From Escherichia coli (GTDB lineage: Bacteria > Pseudomonadota > Gammaproteobacteria > Enterobacterales > Enterobacteriaceae), in NCBI RefSeq assembly GCF_036507355.1, contig NZ_AP027877.1: a stretch of 64,000 bases of DNA. The stretch is one strand, 5' to 3'. The notes beneath the pieces are model-generated. The model did no database searches. It had not been told where the DNA came from and was given only the letters and a program-made list of their open reading frames with translations. Shown piece after piece: positions 40,613-52,037 of the stretch (position 1 is its first letter; every line of letters begins with the position of its first letter). The translations under genes were made by a program, and so were the position numbers.

Positions 40613-41131
40613 ATGTCCATCCGTTTTGCCCGCAAAGCCGACTGTGCTGCCATTGCGGAAATTTATAACCACGCCGTGTTGTATACGGCGGCTATCTGGA
40701 ATGACCAAACGGTGGATGCAGATAACCGCATTGCCTGGTTTGAAGCGCGGACCATAGCAGGTTATCCGGTGCTGGTAAGTGAAGAAGATGGCGTAGTGAC
40801 GGGATATGCCTCATTTGGCGACTGGCGTAGTTTCGATGGTTTTCGCCATACCGTGGAACATTCGGTTTATGTCCATCCCGATCATCAGGGCAAAGGTCTG
40901 GGGCGTAAATTGTTAAGCCGATTGATTGATGAAGCGCGGGATTGCGGGAAGCATGTCATGGTCGCCGGGATCGAATCGCAAAATCAGGCCTCGCTGCATC
41001 TGCACCAGTCGCTGGGATTTGTCGTCACCGCACAAATGCCGCAGGTGGGCACTAAATTTGGGCGCTGGCTGGATCTGACATTTATGCAGTTGCAACTCGA
41101 CGAACGCACTGAACCGGACGCGATTGGATGA
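40613..41131 (+). CDS. mnaT: GNAT N-acetyltransferase (L-amino acid / methionine derivative N-acyltransferase)
   Basis: 172-aa ORF from MSIRFARKADCAAIAEIYNH; GNAT motifs. Confidence 0.85.
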   Translation: MSIRFARKADCAAIAEIYNHAVLYTAAIWNDQTVDADNRIAWFEARTIAGYPVLVSEEDGVVTGYASFGDWRSFDGFRHTVEHSVYVHPDHQGKGLGRKLLSRLIDEARDCGKHVMVAGIESQNQASLHLHQSLGFVVTAQMPQVGTKFGRWLDLTFMQLQLDERTEPDAIG

Positions 41132-41577
41132 ATCAGTCGCTCACCCTTACCTTTTTGATTGCCGCCGGAATTGGTCTGGTAGTCCAGAACACGCTGATGG
41201 TGCGCATCACCCAGACATCCTCTACCATTCTCATCGCCATGTTGCTGAACTCACTGGTGGGGATTGTGCTCTTTGTTTCTATTTTATGGTTTAAACAAGG
41301 TATGGCGGGGTTTGGCGAACTGGTGTCCAGCGTGCGCTGGTGGACACTTATACCTGGCTTGCTGGGTTCGTTTTTTGTCTTCGCCAGTATCAGCGGGTAT
41401 CAGAATGTAGGGGCGGCGACAACTATTGCAGTACTGGTCGCCAGCCAGCTGATTGGCGGTCTGGTTCTGGATATCTTCCGCAGTCATGGCGTACCACTAC
41501 GGGCGTTGTTCGGCCCAATTTGTGGCGCAATTTTACTTGTGGTTGGCGCCTGGTTGGTGGCCAGACGCTCATTTTAA
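41128..41577 (+). CDS. ydcZ: Inner membrane protein, DMT-like
   Basis: 149-aa 4-TM ORF; ATGA overlap with mnaT. Confidence 0.8.
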   Translation: MNQSLTLTFLIAAGIGLVVQNTLMVRITQTSSTILIAMLLNSLVGIVLFVSILWFKQGMAGFGELVSSVRWWTLIPGLLGSFFVFASISGYQNVGAATTIAVLVASQLIGGLVLDIFRSHGVPLRALFGPICGAILLVVGAWLVARRSF

Positions 41578-41811
41578 TCACAGGATGGTGCCGCCTTTGG
41601 TTAACTGTTCATGGCGCGCTTCCATATCTTCTTTATGCTTGCGACCGTGATGAGCAATAGCGGTGCGCAAACGCTGCTGCTGGGTGTAGCGATCTTCCCG
41701 ACTTAACTCCGCGTCATCGCTCAGGGCGATTAATAATTCGTTCATATGGGCAATGACGCTCTCTTCAATCGCGGCATCCACGCGCGCGATGACTTCATCC
41801 AGATGCGACAT
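41578..41811 (-). CDS. ydcY: Small uncharacterised protein
   Basis: 77-aa ORF; synteny. Confidence 0.75.
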   Translation of the reverse strand: MSHLDEVIARVDAAIEESVIAHMNELLIALSDDAELSREDRYTQQQRLRTAIAHHGRKHKEDMEARHEQLTKGGTIL

Positions 41812-41896
41812 ACTTTCTCCTTAGCCACTTGTGAAATTTATCGATTCATCCAAATGATATAAGTCTGCGTGGTGACGTCAAGCCAGTGAGTAAGAT

Positions 41897-42070
41897 TTAA
41901 AACAGTGAAAACAACAGCGCCACCGGGAAACTCATCGGCCATGTTGCCCCCACCAGAAAGGCGCTTAAGAAACGGATGCGTTTCTTATCGTGAGAAAGAA
42001 ACCAAGTGATAAGAAATGCGATTGCTGCCATAACCGCATAAAAAACAAGCATGTGTTGATAGAGAGACAT
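41897..42070 (-). CDS. ortT: Small membrane toxin OrtT (orphan toxin related to TisB)
   Basis: 57-aa hydrophobic ORF MSLYQHMLVFYAVMAAIAFLITWF... Confidence 0.75.
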   Translation of the reverse strand: MSLYQHMLVFYAVMAAIAFLITWFLSHDKKRIRFLSAFLVGATWPMSFPVALLFSLF

Positions 42071-42758
42071 GTACGGGCGTCCAGCCAGATGAATAAAACG
42101 CGCGCAAATATGCGTCATTTTTTGACGTGCATCAAGTTTTTTAACCGGTTTGAGAAAAAAACATCAAACAGCAACTTGCCCTTATCCATCTTCAGAATGA
42201 GTATTATTGCGGATTTTCTTAACCCGTACTATACACATAGGGGCAATGATAAAAGGTGGCAAAAATGAATGTTTCCAGTAGAACTGTAGTACTGATAAAT
42301 GTCTTTGCTGCTGGTTTGTTTACTCTTATCTCTATGAGATTTGGCTGGTTTATTTGATGTAGTGATTTTGCACGCAGCACGTACTGTCAGAGAAATCAAC
42401 TCTCTGACAGTACGCAAGATCTTCTCATACTCTCCAGGTTTACAACATTATCCTTAATATTTACTTCTTTTTGCTGGCATCTACATTGAAATGAGTAGAA
42501 AACATCCCCCTACTGTCGTCTATACAAACAGCTTACTGATTCAAAGGGAATCTTGTTTTCACATTTTTCTATCATGAATACTTTATACGCGCGGGAGTCT
42601 ATAAATGCTTTATACTTTCAAGGAATAACGTAAATATAAAAAGATGGCGTGAAGTATATGCATGGCAGGATGTTTGCAACCTCCTTGATGACGCTGCCCC
42701 ATTGAAATTGCAAACCCCGCCCTGGTTATCTTGCCCATTTATCATGCAAAACAGATAA

Positions 42759-43568
42759 TTATAGGCCTCTGAATACCTCAGAAAGATTGAATTTTTTATA
42801 GTCCCTCTCTTGAATATTTCCATTTGATATCAATCGATTCATCTCTTCAACAAAATAATTTATATCATCACACTTGTTATTATCCGGAAGATCTGAGTAG
42901 TTATAATTCCACCATTTTATTCTCAACAGTTCATCAATAACATTTGAATCAAACCTAAATCTGATTATTTTTGCAGGAACTCCTGCAACTATGGCATATG
43001 GGGGCACATCTTTGGTAACAACGGAATTGGCAGCAATAACAGCACCATCACCTATTGCGATGCCACCTTTCAATACAACATCATTTCCTATCCAGACATC
43101 ATTTCCTATAATCGGATTTTCAGGTTTGGTAATGAATGGTTTCAATGTCCAGCTACGTTCAAACTCACTCATAGCAAACTTATCAAATTCACCGTTATAA
43201 GTCATCATGTGAGTAGTAAAACGATTCAAAGGATGATTTCCACCCATTATTTTTACATTTGATGCAATACTACAAAATCGACCTATACGTATATTCCCTG
43301 AAAAATGACAGGTCGGAAATGAAAAAGCGCCGACACTGGAGAAATTTTTTACAGGCATTGTTGAATATTCTTCAGCAATAACATTATCTTCAATTGTTAT
43401 CTTGTCACCTTTTGAGAAAAGAAATAAATTCCTTTCTTTATACGACTTCTTCCCCTTATGATTTAAAAAGATTTTATTATCCATACAAAACTCAAAGTGT
43501 TTTTTCGTCCATCTGAAGGTAAGGGTTTTATTTTTATCTTCCGTGAATTTGTACAATTGAACTTTCAT
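42759..43568 (-). CDS. Hexapeptide-repeat (left-handed beta-helix) acetyltransferase, XAT/Vat-like
   Basis: Repeating [LIV]-G-x-x-x-x units (IGNDVWIGNDVVLKGGIAIGDGAVIAANSVV) and PPY motif; ~33% GC versus ~52% flanks; no gene annotated between ortT and patD in K-12. Confidence 0.6.
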   Translation of the reverse strand: MKVQLYKFTEDKNKTLTFRWTKKHFEFCMDNKIFLNHKGKKSYKERNLFLFSKGDKITIEDNVIAEEYSTMPVKNFSSVGAFSFPTCHFSGNIRIGRFCSIASNVKIMGGNHPLNRFTTHMMTYNGEFDKFAMSEFERSWTLKPFITKPENPIIGNDVWIGNDVVLKGGIAIGDGAVIAANSVVTKDVPPYAIVAGVPAKIIRFRFDSNVIDELLRIKWWNYNYSDLPDNNKCDDINYFVEEMNRLISNGNIQERDYKKFNLSEVFRGL

Positions 43569-43777
43569 TGTTAATACTTCTACTTATAAATTATTAATTT
43601 AATAACGATACTCTAAAGCCTTATGCTAATCAACTGTGACAGGATGAAAAATCGCCATCAAACATTTAGCCTAATTTTTACGCTAGTTATTAATGTAATC
43701 ATTCTAATACTTAACCGCCATTAAACTCAGAACCTAAAACGATAGTGGCCGTCCTATAACAGCCACTAACATCTAAC

Positions 43778-45202
43778 TTAATGTTTAACCATGACGTGGC
43801 GGACGACGGTGTAATCCTCCAGCCCATAAAGTGACATATCCTTGCCGTAACCAGAAAGTTTCTGCCCACCGTGCGGCATTTCACTTACCAGCATGAAATG
43901 GGTATTGACCCAGGTACAACCATATTGCAGCCGTGCACTGACGCGATGCGCCCTGCCCACATCTTTCGTCCATACCGAAGATGCAAGTCCGTACTGGCTG
44001 TCATTCGCCCAGTTTACCACCTGTTCTTCGTTGTCGAAGAGCGTAACACTCACTACTGGACCAAATACCTCTTTTTGCACGATGGCATCGTCCTGTAATG
44101 CGCCAGCCAGCAGCGTCGGCGCATAGTAATAGCCATTACCCTTGCGCTTTTCACCGCCAGTGATCACTTTGATGTGCCCTGTCGCTTTCGCCTCTTCTAC
44201 TGCCTTGCTGACGCGTTCGAGATGCGCCAGCGAGCTTAAAGGCCCAAGCTCCGTAGACTCGTCATCCGGCGCACCCGATTTTAACGTTGCCACCGCAGCA
44301 CCGAGTTTTTCCACCAGCGTATCGTAAATGCCTTTTTGCGCGTAGATCCGACAGGCCGCAGTACAATCCTGTCCGGCATTGTAATAGCCAAATGTACGTA
44401 CACCTTCGACCACTGCTTCAATATCCGCATCATCAAAAACAATCACTGGCGCTTTGCCACCAAGTTCCATATGAGTATGCTTAATGGAGGGCGCGGTATG
44501 GCTGATGATGTGCTCGCCGGTGGCGATAGAGCCCGTCAGCGACACCATCCGCACTTTGGGATGACCGGTCAGCGGATCGCCCACCGTTTTGCCTCTGCCA
44601 AACAGTACGTTAATCACGCCTGCCGGGAAGATATCTTTCGCCAGCTCTGCCAACTTCAACGCGGTCAGCGGGGTAATTTCTGATGGTTTAAGCACTACGC
44701 AGTTCCCTGCCGCCAGCGCCGGAGCAAGTTTCCACGCTGCCATCATCAGCGGATAATTCCACGGTGCGATAGAAGCCACGACCCCCAACGGATCGCGACG
44801 GATCATCGAAGTATGACCTTCAAGATATTCACCTGCCGCCAGACCATTCAGACAGCGCGCCGCACCCGCGAAAAAGCGAAAAACATCGACAATCGCCGGG
44901 ATTTCATCATTGAACGCACTATGCAGCGGTTTGCCACAATTACGGGACTCCAGTTCGGCAAAAACCTGACCATTTTCTTCGATTACATCAGCCAGTTTCA
45001 GCAGACATTCCGCACGCACTTTCGGCGTGGTTTGCCCCCATTCGGCAAATGCTGCATCTGCCGCGCGCACAGCAGCATCGACCTGCTCTGCGGATGCCTC
45101 GGCAATCTCCAGTAAAACGTCCCCCGTTGCCGGATTATAGACAGGCTGTTTTTCCCCTTCGCCGCTAACCAGTTCTCCGTTAATCAGTAACTTATGTTGC
45201 AT
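43778..45202 (-). CDS. patD: Gamma-aminobutyraldehyde dehydrogenase
   Basis: 474-aa aldehyde dehydrogenase family ORF; synteny. Confidence 0.9.
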   Translation of the reverse strand: MQHKLLINGELVSGEGEKQPVYNPATGDVLLEIAEASAEQVDAAVRAADAAFAEWGQTTPKVRAECLLKLADVIEENGQVFAELESRNCGKPLHSAFNDEIPAIVDVFRFFAGAARCLNGLAAGEYLEGHTSMIRRDPLGVVASIAPWNYPLMMAAWKLAPALAAGNCVVLKPSEITPLTALKLAELAKDIFPAGVINVLFGRGKTVGDPLTGHPKVRMVSLTGSIATGEHIISHTAPSIKHTHMELGGKAPVIVFDDADIEAVVEGVRTFGYYNAGQDCTAACRIYAQKGIYDTLVEKLGAAVATLKSGAPDDESTELGPLSSLAHLERVSKAVEEAKATGHIKVITGGEKRKGNGYYYAPTLLAGALQDDAIVQKEVFGPVVSVTLFDNEEQVVNWANDSQYGLASSVWTKDVGRAHRVSARLQYGCTWVNTHFMLVSEMPHGGQKLSGYGKDMSLYGLEDYTVVRHVMVKH

Positions 45203-45223
45203 AGCATATTCCTGTATCAGTGG

Positions 45224-46018
45224 TTATTGACCATTGTCGCCTTCGCGGGTTAGCCACCAGGCCCCCAGGATCGGCAAGGTTGTTACCAACATAACCAGCA
45301 GTGCCACCACGTTAGTTACCGGTACATCACGCGGTCGCCCAAGCTGATTGAGCAACCACAACGGTAACGTTCGTTCATGACCTGCCGTAAAGGTCGTAAC
45401 GATGATTTCATCGAACGACAAGGCAAACGCCAGCATTCCTCCTGCCAGTAACGCCGAACTGAGATTCGGCAACACTACGTAGCGGAAGGTTTGCCAGCCA
45501 TTGGCCCCAAGATCCATTGACGCCTCAACCAGACTCCACGAGGTGCGGCGAAAACGGGCGATGACATTGTTAAACACCACAACTACACAAAAAGTCGCAT
45601 GACCGACCACGATGGTGAAAAATCCCGGCTCCAGATTGATGGTTTTAAAAGCGGTTAATAGCGCCAGACCAGTGACAATGCCCGGCAGCGCAATGGGCAG
45701 CAGCAGTAACAGCGAAATGGCGTTTTTGCCGAAAAAGTCTCGTCGCCACAGCGCGGCAGCTGCAAGCGTCCCTAACACCAGCGCGATTAATGTCGCCAGC
45801 GCCGCCACTTTAAGTGACAGTGTCACGGCATCAAGAATATCACTACGCTGTGCTGCCACGCTAAACCAGCGCAGCGTCAGGCCTTGCGGTGGAAAACTAA
45901 ACGCCGCATCTTCAGTGTTAAACGCATAGGCGGCGATAATCAGGATAGGAAAATGTAGGAAAACTACGCCGCCCCAGGCCGCCAGTTTGAGGAAAAACGG
46001 TGCGCGTTCAGAGTGCAT
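45224..46018 (-). CDS. ydcV: ABC transporter permease
   Basis: 264-aa membrane ORF; ydcSTUV operon order. Confidence 0.85.
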
Positions 46019-46949
46019 CGAACGCTCCCAGACGTTTCACGAACGCCAGGTACAGTGCGATGAGAACAATCGGCACAAGGGTGAATGCCGCCGCCATCGG
46101 CATATTGCCAATCGCCCCCTGCTGGGAATAAACCATATTGCCGATAAAATATCCTGGAGGGCCAACCAGTTGCGGGACGATAAAATCACCCAGTGTGAGT
46201 GAGAAGGTAAAGATAGAGCCAGCGGCAATACCCGGGATCGCCAGCGGCAGCACCACATAGCGAAAGGTTTGTCGTGGACGCGCACCGAGATCAGCCGACG
46301 CCTGCAACAATGACGGCGGCAAACGCTCAAGCGCCGCCTGCACGGGCAGGATCATGAACGGCAACCAGATATAGAGAAACACCAGAAAGCGCCCCAGCCC
46401 GGAAGTTGACAGCGTATTGCCGCCCACCGCAGGTAATGTAAGGAACGCAGTCAGCAGTGGTTCCAGCCCAAGATGTTGTAAAAACCACTGCGCCACGCCA
46501 TCTTTTGCCAGCAATAACGTCCAGGCATAGGCTTTAACAATGTAGCTCGCCCACATCGGCAACATTACCGCAATATAAAAAAACGCTTTCATTTTCCCGC
46601 TGGTATAGCGCGCCATATACCACGCCATTGGAAAAGCCAGAATGGCGCTGGCGATAGTGACTGCCACAGCCATAGTCAGCGTGCGGAGAATGATGTCGTA
46701 ATTCGCCGGATTAAACAGCGCACGGATATTCGCCAGCGTCAGTTCCGGCGTTACCGACATGGTGAAATCGTCAAAAGTATAAAATCCCTGCCATAACAGT
46801 GTCAGCAGCGAGCCGAAATAGACAATGCCAAACCACATTAGCGGGCCAAGCAGCAGTAAAAACAGCCCCAGCCCCGGATTACGCCAGAAGAAACCGGACA
46901 CCTTACCCAGACCTGGACGTGAAGGTGATTGCAATACGTTCATCGCCAT
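46008..46949 (-). CDS. ydcU: ABC transporter permease
   Basis: 313-aa membrane ORF; overlaps ydcV. Confidence 0.85.
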
Positions 46950-47963
46950 TCACCTCTCCTCAACCAGCGGCACCATCACATCACGCGACCAGGAAACCAT
47001 CACCTGTTGTCCGGGCGTGAGCGTGGCAGGCAGTTCTTCGCCTGTCATATTGGCCTGACTCACCAGCAGTTTTTCACCGCCGTTCAGTCTCAGTTCAAAA
47101 CGGGTCGCCGCGCCCTGATATTGCACCGCCTGGATCGTGCCATTAGCCTGCACTTCGCCGGGGGTGTTGAAGCGGATATGTTCCGGTCGCAGGGCGAAGC
47201 TTCCCGTCATGCCGCAAAGATTCTCGGCCATTAGCGGATCAAAAACGTTGGATGTCCCGACGAATCCGGCAACAAACGGCGTGCGCGGGCGCATATAGAG
47301 ATCGCGCGGGGAATCGACCTGCTCAATGCGTCCATTATTGAAAACCGCCACACGATCGGACATCGATAACGCTTCGCCCTGATCGTGGGTAACGAAGATA
47401 AAAGTGATACCGAGAGACTGTTGCAGTTTTTTCAGTTCCAGCTGCATCTGCTCACGCAATTTGAGATCCAGTGCGCCGAGCGGTTCATCCAACAGCAATA
47501 CGCGCGGTTCATTCACCAATGCTCTGGCGATAGCAACCCGCTGGCGCTGACCACCAGAAAGTTGTGACGGTTTACGTTGCTGTACAAACCCCAACGCCAC
47601 TTTCTCCAGCGCCTCTTGCGCCATTGCGTGCCGCTGCTTTTTATTCACGCCTTTGACCATCAGCCCATAGGCGACATTGTCAAGAATCGACATATGCGGA
47701 AATAGCGCGTAGTCCTGAAAGACAGTATTCACGTCCCGCTCCCACGGTGGCAGATTGCTGGCGGGTTTACCAAAGATAGAGATAGCCCCGCCGGAAAGCT
47801 GTTCGAAGCCAGCAATCAGGCGCAGGCAGGTGGTTTTGCCGGAGCCGGACGGCCCCAGCATAGAGAAGAACTCACCATCTTTTATCGCAATACTGACGCC
47901 ATCTACTGCGCGCACGTCACCGTACAACCGCGAGACGTTGTCAAACTCCACTGCGTACGTCAT
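46950..47963 (-). CDS. ydcT: ABC transporter ATP-binding protein
   Basis: Walker A GPSGSGKTT, signature LSGGQRQR, Walker B LLLDEP. Confidence 0.9.
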   Translation of the reverse strand: MTYAVEFDNVSRLYGDVRAVDGVSIAIKDGEFFSMLGPSGSGKTTCLRLIAGFEQLSGGAISIFGKPASNLPPWERDVNTVFQDYALFPHMSILDNVAYGLMVKGVNKKQRHAMAQEALEKVALGFVQQRKPSQLSGGQRQRVAIARALVNEPRVLLLDEPLGALDLKLREQMQLELKKLQQSLGITFIFVTHDQGEALSMSDRVAVFNNGRIEQVDSPRDLYMRPRTPFVAGFVGTSNVFDPLMAENLCGMTGSFALRPEHIRFNTPGEVQANGTIQAVQYQGAATRFELRLNGGEKLLVSQANMTGEELPATLTPGQQVMVSWSRDVMVPLVEER

Positions 47964-47980
47964 AAAGCACCCCAGCGAAG

Positions 47981-49126
47981 TTAGCGACCGCCCATAATGG
48001 CAATGTAATCCTGCGTCCAGCGACTGTAGGGAATAAACTTGCCCCCTTCTGCTATAGGCGTTTTCCAGAAGGCGATTTTGTCGAAATAGTTAAAACCGTT
48101 GGTTTCACAACCTTTTTCGCCTAATAACGGACTGGCTTTACACCCTTGCGGCACTACCGGTAACGAGCCAAACCAGGCCGCCACATCGCCCTGCACTTTT
48201 GGCGTTAATGACCAGTTCATCCATTTGTAGGCGCAAACCGGATGTTTCGCTTCGCTATGCAGCATGGTGGTATCAGCCCAACCGGTAACACCCTCCTTCG
48301 GGAAAACGGTAGCAACAGGCTGGCCTTCGGCTTTCAGGGCGTTGGCCTGATAGGGCCAGGCACTGGAAGCAACCACACCCTCGTTTTTGAAATCGCTCAT
48401 TTGCACGGTAGTGTCATGCCAGTAGCGATGGATCAAACTGTGTTGAGCGCGCAGCACTTTCAGCACCGCCTGGTACTGTTCTTCGGTGAGTTGATACGGA
48501 TCGCTGATGCCCAACTGCGGCTGAGTGGCTTTAACGAACAACGCAGCGTCCGCAATATAGATAGGGCCATCATAAGCCTGAACGCGGCCTTTATTGCTCT
48601 TGCCGTCCGGCAGATTTTGCTCAACAAAAACCACTTGCCAGCTATCCGGCGGCGTCGGGAAGGTTTTAGTGTTGTACATCAGCAGGTTCGGCCCCCATTG
48701 GTAAGGTGTGCCGTAAACTTTGCCGCCAACGTTAAACCAGTCGCCTTTAACCACGCGCGGATCGAGCGTTTTCCAGTTGGGAATCAAGGCGGTATTAATC
48801 GGCTGCACGCGTTTACCCATAATCAAACGCAGCGAGGCATCGCCGGACGCCGTGACCAGATCGTAACCTCCTTTGGTCATCAGGCTGACCATTTCATCGG
48901 AAGTCGCGGCAGTTTTAACATTCACCGCGCAGCCTGTCTCTTTTTCGAACTGCGTTACCCAGTCGTATTGTTTATCAGTTTGTCCGCGTTCGATGTATCC
49001 CGGCCAGGCGATAATATCCAGTCGCCCTTCCGGTTTATCTAAATTGGTAGGCGGTTCGGCGGCGTGAGCGGTCATTATTGTCATGCTGAGCGCACACAGG
49101 CTGCTGCGGGCAAATGTCTTGCTCAT
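47981..49126 (-). CDS. ydcS: Periplasmic substrate-binding protein (polyamine-type)
   Basis: 381-aa ORF with signal peptide; operon position. Confidence 0.85.
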   Translation of the reverse strand: MSKTFARSSLCALSMTIMTAHAAEPPTNLDKPEGRLDIIAWPGYIERGQTDKQYDWVTQFEKETGCAVNVKTAATSDEMVSLMTKGGYDLVTASGDASLRLIMGKRVQPINTALIPNWKTLDPRVVKGDWFNVGGKVYGTPYQWGPNLLMYNTKTFPTPPDSWQVVFVEQNLPDGKSNKGRVQAYDGPIYIADAALFVKATQPQLGISDPYQLTEEQYQAVLKVLRAQHSLIHRYWHDTTVQMSDFKNEGVVASSAWPYQANALKAEGQPVATVFPKEGVTGWADTTMLHSEAKHPVCAYKWMNWSLTPKVQGDVAAWFGSLPVVPQGCKASPLLGEKGCETNGFNYFDKIAFWKTPIAEGGKFIPYSRWTQDYIAIMGGR

Positions 49127-49370
49127 AAGGTCTTACTCCTGTCGTAATTAATTGTTCAGCCGCCGTGCCGTAAAAATATCTCCTTGTTTAACCATAGACG
49201 GCGGCTTGCAGGCACACCTTCGCCCCTGAGAAAATTTAATCAGGTTGTGAGCTACCGCGCATTATGCCGTCTGTAAGGTTATCTTCTGGAGTATAGACAA
49301 GGAGTTAGGAAATATGACTGCTATTCGAAATTCATATTACCCAACCTAAGAGGAATTAAATTAAACGCTA

Positions 49371-50777
49371 TTACAGCCGTTCTTGAATAAGTTTGCCTAA
49401 TTGTTTTACCGCCTGTTCTTCACGTTCTCCCCACTGCCACGCGGTATTAAAACGAAAAAAACGTGACCAGTTTTCACCGGTAGAAAACATTTTACCCGGC
49501 GCAATACTGATATGATGCGTCAGTGCCGCCAGGCTTAATTCGCCGGCATCTAACGGCTCGGGGAGCTCCAGCCAGAGAAAATAACCGCTGTCATTATGAT
49601 GAATTTTCACTTCCGCAGGCAGATAACGCAGCAGTGCCTGCCAGGCACGTTGTTTACGTTCCGCAAGCTGGCGACGCAGGCGACGAAGATGGGCGTCGTA
49701 TCGGCGCGTGGAAAGGTAATCCACCAGCGCAAGCTGCATCGGTGAGCTGGTGGAAAGCGTACTCATCAACTGCAATCGTTGAATTTTACGTGCATGTTTT
49801 CCGGCGGCGACCCAACCAATACGAAAACCAGGCACCAGACATTTCGAAAACGAAGAGCAATGCAAAACGCCATCGTGGCGATCCCACGCTTTCGCAGGCA
49901 GCGGTTTTTCCCGTCCAAAATAAAGTTCGCTGTAAACGTCATCTTCAATCAGCGTTACGTTGTACTGATTGAGCAACGCCACCAGTTGTGCTTTTTTTTG
50001 CGGCGTTAAGGTAAATCCGAGTGGATTCTGGCTATTAGTCATCAGCCAGCACGCTTTCACCGGATACTCCTGCAACGCCAGTTCCAACGCCTGAAGATCG
50101 ATCCCTTCTTTAACATCCGTCGCCACCGATAACGCCTTCAGCCGTAGCCGCTCCAGCGCCTGCAACGCACCGTAGAAACAAGGATTCTCTACTATCACCC
50201 AATCGCCCGGTTCAGTTACCGCTTGCAAACTGAGGTTTAATGCCTCTAACGCCCCGGCAGTAATGACAATTTCATCAGGAGAAATGGTGATCCCCTGTAA
50301 GGCATAGCGACGAGCAATAGCCTGACGCAGTTCTGCGTTTCCTGGCGGTAAGTTTTCAATCACGCTCATCGCTGTGGCGGTTTTGCTTACCTGCGCCAGC
50401 GAGCGGTTTAGTTGTTGGAGGGGGAAAAGTCGCGGGTCGGGAAAGGCCGAGGCAAACGGAACGACCGACGGATCGCGACTGGCCTGCAACATATCAAAAA
50501 TATAAGTGTTGATATCGACTGCTTCATCTCGAGTGACTGGAATGACTGGCGCTTTCGGCATTTTTATTGCCTGTGGCGCAACGTAATAACCCGACTGCGG
50601 TCGTGCGATAATATATCCCTGACTTTCGAGCAACTGATAGGCATGGCTGACAGTCATAAAGCTCATGCCAGAAAGCGCCACCTGGTCACGCAACGAAGGC
50701 AAACGATCGCCGGGTTGCCAGATACCCGACGCAATCTGCTCGCGTAATTGTTCTGCAAGCTGCTGGTATTTTTTCAT
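49371..50777 (-). CDS. ydcR: MocR/GntR-family regulator with aminotransferase-like domain
   Basis: 468-aa ORF; N-terminal HTH plus PLP-fold domain. Confidence 0.85.
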   Translation of the reverse strand: MKKYQQLAEQLREQIASGIWQPGDRLPSLRDQVALSGMSFMTVSHAYQLLESQGYIIARPQSGYYVAPQAIKMPKAPVIPVTRDEAVDINTYIFDMLQASRDPSVVPFASAFPDPRLFPLQQLNRSLAQVSKTATAMSVIENLPPGNAELRQAIARRYALQGITISPDEIVITAGALEALNLSLQAVTEPGDWVIVENPCFYGALQALERLRLKALSVATDVKEGIDLQALELALQEYPVKACWLMTNSQNPLGFTLTPQKKAQLVALLNQYNVTLIEDDVYSELYFGREKPLPAKAWDRHDGVLHCSSFSKCLVPGFRIGWVAAGKHARKIQRLQLMSTLSTSSPMQLALVDYLSTRRYDAHLRRLRRQLAERKQRAWQALLRYLPAEVKIHHNDSGYFLWLELPEPLDAGELSLAALTHHISIAPGKMFSTGENWSRFFRFNTAWQWGEREEQAVKQLGKLIQERL

Positions 50778-50855
50778 TATCGAATCGTAATTATGTGCAG
50801 ATGATTCGGCAGTCTATATCAGTTGTTAAAAATGACAACTTTTCGTTAACTGTAA

Positions 50856-51293
<438 letters not shown>

Positions 51294-51317
51294 GTCATTA
51301 ACCTTTTTAATTGGCGA

Positions 51318-51494
51318 TTAACTCAAACCGAGTTGTTTCAGGATTGCTTTACGCAATGGTTCTTTAATCTCATCGCAGGGGTGACGCGGCATGACACTGC
51401 GCCTCCCATGAAACCTGAGTTTCAAATGGTTGCTGCCATTCGCTACATCGACGCCCTGAGATTCGAGCCAACGTCTGAACTCGCTTTGTTTCAC
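51318..51494 (-). CDS. hicA: HicA mRNA interferase toxin (58 aa, GTG start)
   Basis: Hand translation gives VKQSEFRRWLESQGVDVANGSNHLKLRFHGRRSVMPRHPCDEIKEPLRKAILKQLGLS; below the 60-aa cutoff of the ORF track. Confidence 0.8.
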   Translation of the reverse strand: MKQSEFRRWLESQGVDVANGSNHLKLRFHGRRSVMPRHPCDEIKEPLRKAILKQLGLS

Positions 51495-51715
51495 ATCGCC
51501 TCCCTGCCGCTGAGTATATCAACAAAGTAAACATTAGTGTTTACCTCCGTGTGTAATTTGCTCGAAAATAGCACTAAATCGCCGCAACGGCAGAATGCAA
51601 TGCAAAATCAGGAAGGAAGATTCCAGAATTTCTTTGCGCTAATTTGCAAAACTGAATAATAACCTCAAGAAACGATCGGCATCATAGCGGCAAAAGGTAA
51701 GAAAAAGGTGGCAGG

Positions 51716-51946
51716 ATGTTTACGAAGGCGTTATCGGTTGTCTTATTAACGTGTGCGCTGTTCTCAGGACAACTCATGGCAGGGCACAAAGGACATGAAT
51801 TTGTGTGGGTAAAGAATGTGGATCATCAGCTGCGTCATGAAGCGGACAGCGATGAATTGCGTGCTGTGGCGGAAGAGTCGGCGGAAGGTTTGCGCGAGCA
51901 TTTTTACTGGCAAAAATCGCGCAAACCAGAAGCGGGACAACGTTGA
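51716..51946 (+). CDS. yncJ: Small secreted protein
   Basis: 76-aa ORF with signal peptide; synteny. Confidence 0.75.
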   Translation: MFTKALSVVLLTCALFSGQLMAGHKGHEFVWVKNVDHQLRHEADSDELRAVAEESAEGLREHFYWQKSRKPEAGQR

Positions 51947-52037
51947 GTCGTTTGATGCCGGATGCGGCGTGACGCCTTACCCGGCAGGCAATATCATGCA
52001 GATTCAATGAGTGGTGAGTAACCAGAAAACTGGCGTT

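Noticed and set aside
42759-43568. Calling the acetyltransferase a specific streptogramin or chloramphenicol resistance gene
   Set aside because: Only family-level hexapeptide-repeat features are visible; substrate cannot be assigned without alignment to characterised Vat/CatB proteins
48242-49042. 266-aa ORF on the + strand
   Set aside because: Antisense within ydcS; spurious
51333-51530. 65-aa ORF on the + strand
   Set aside because: Antisense to the real hicA, which is on the - strand with a GTG start
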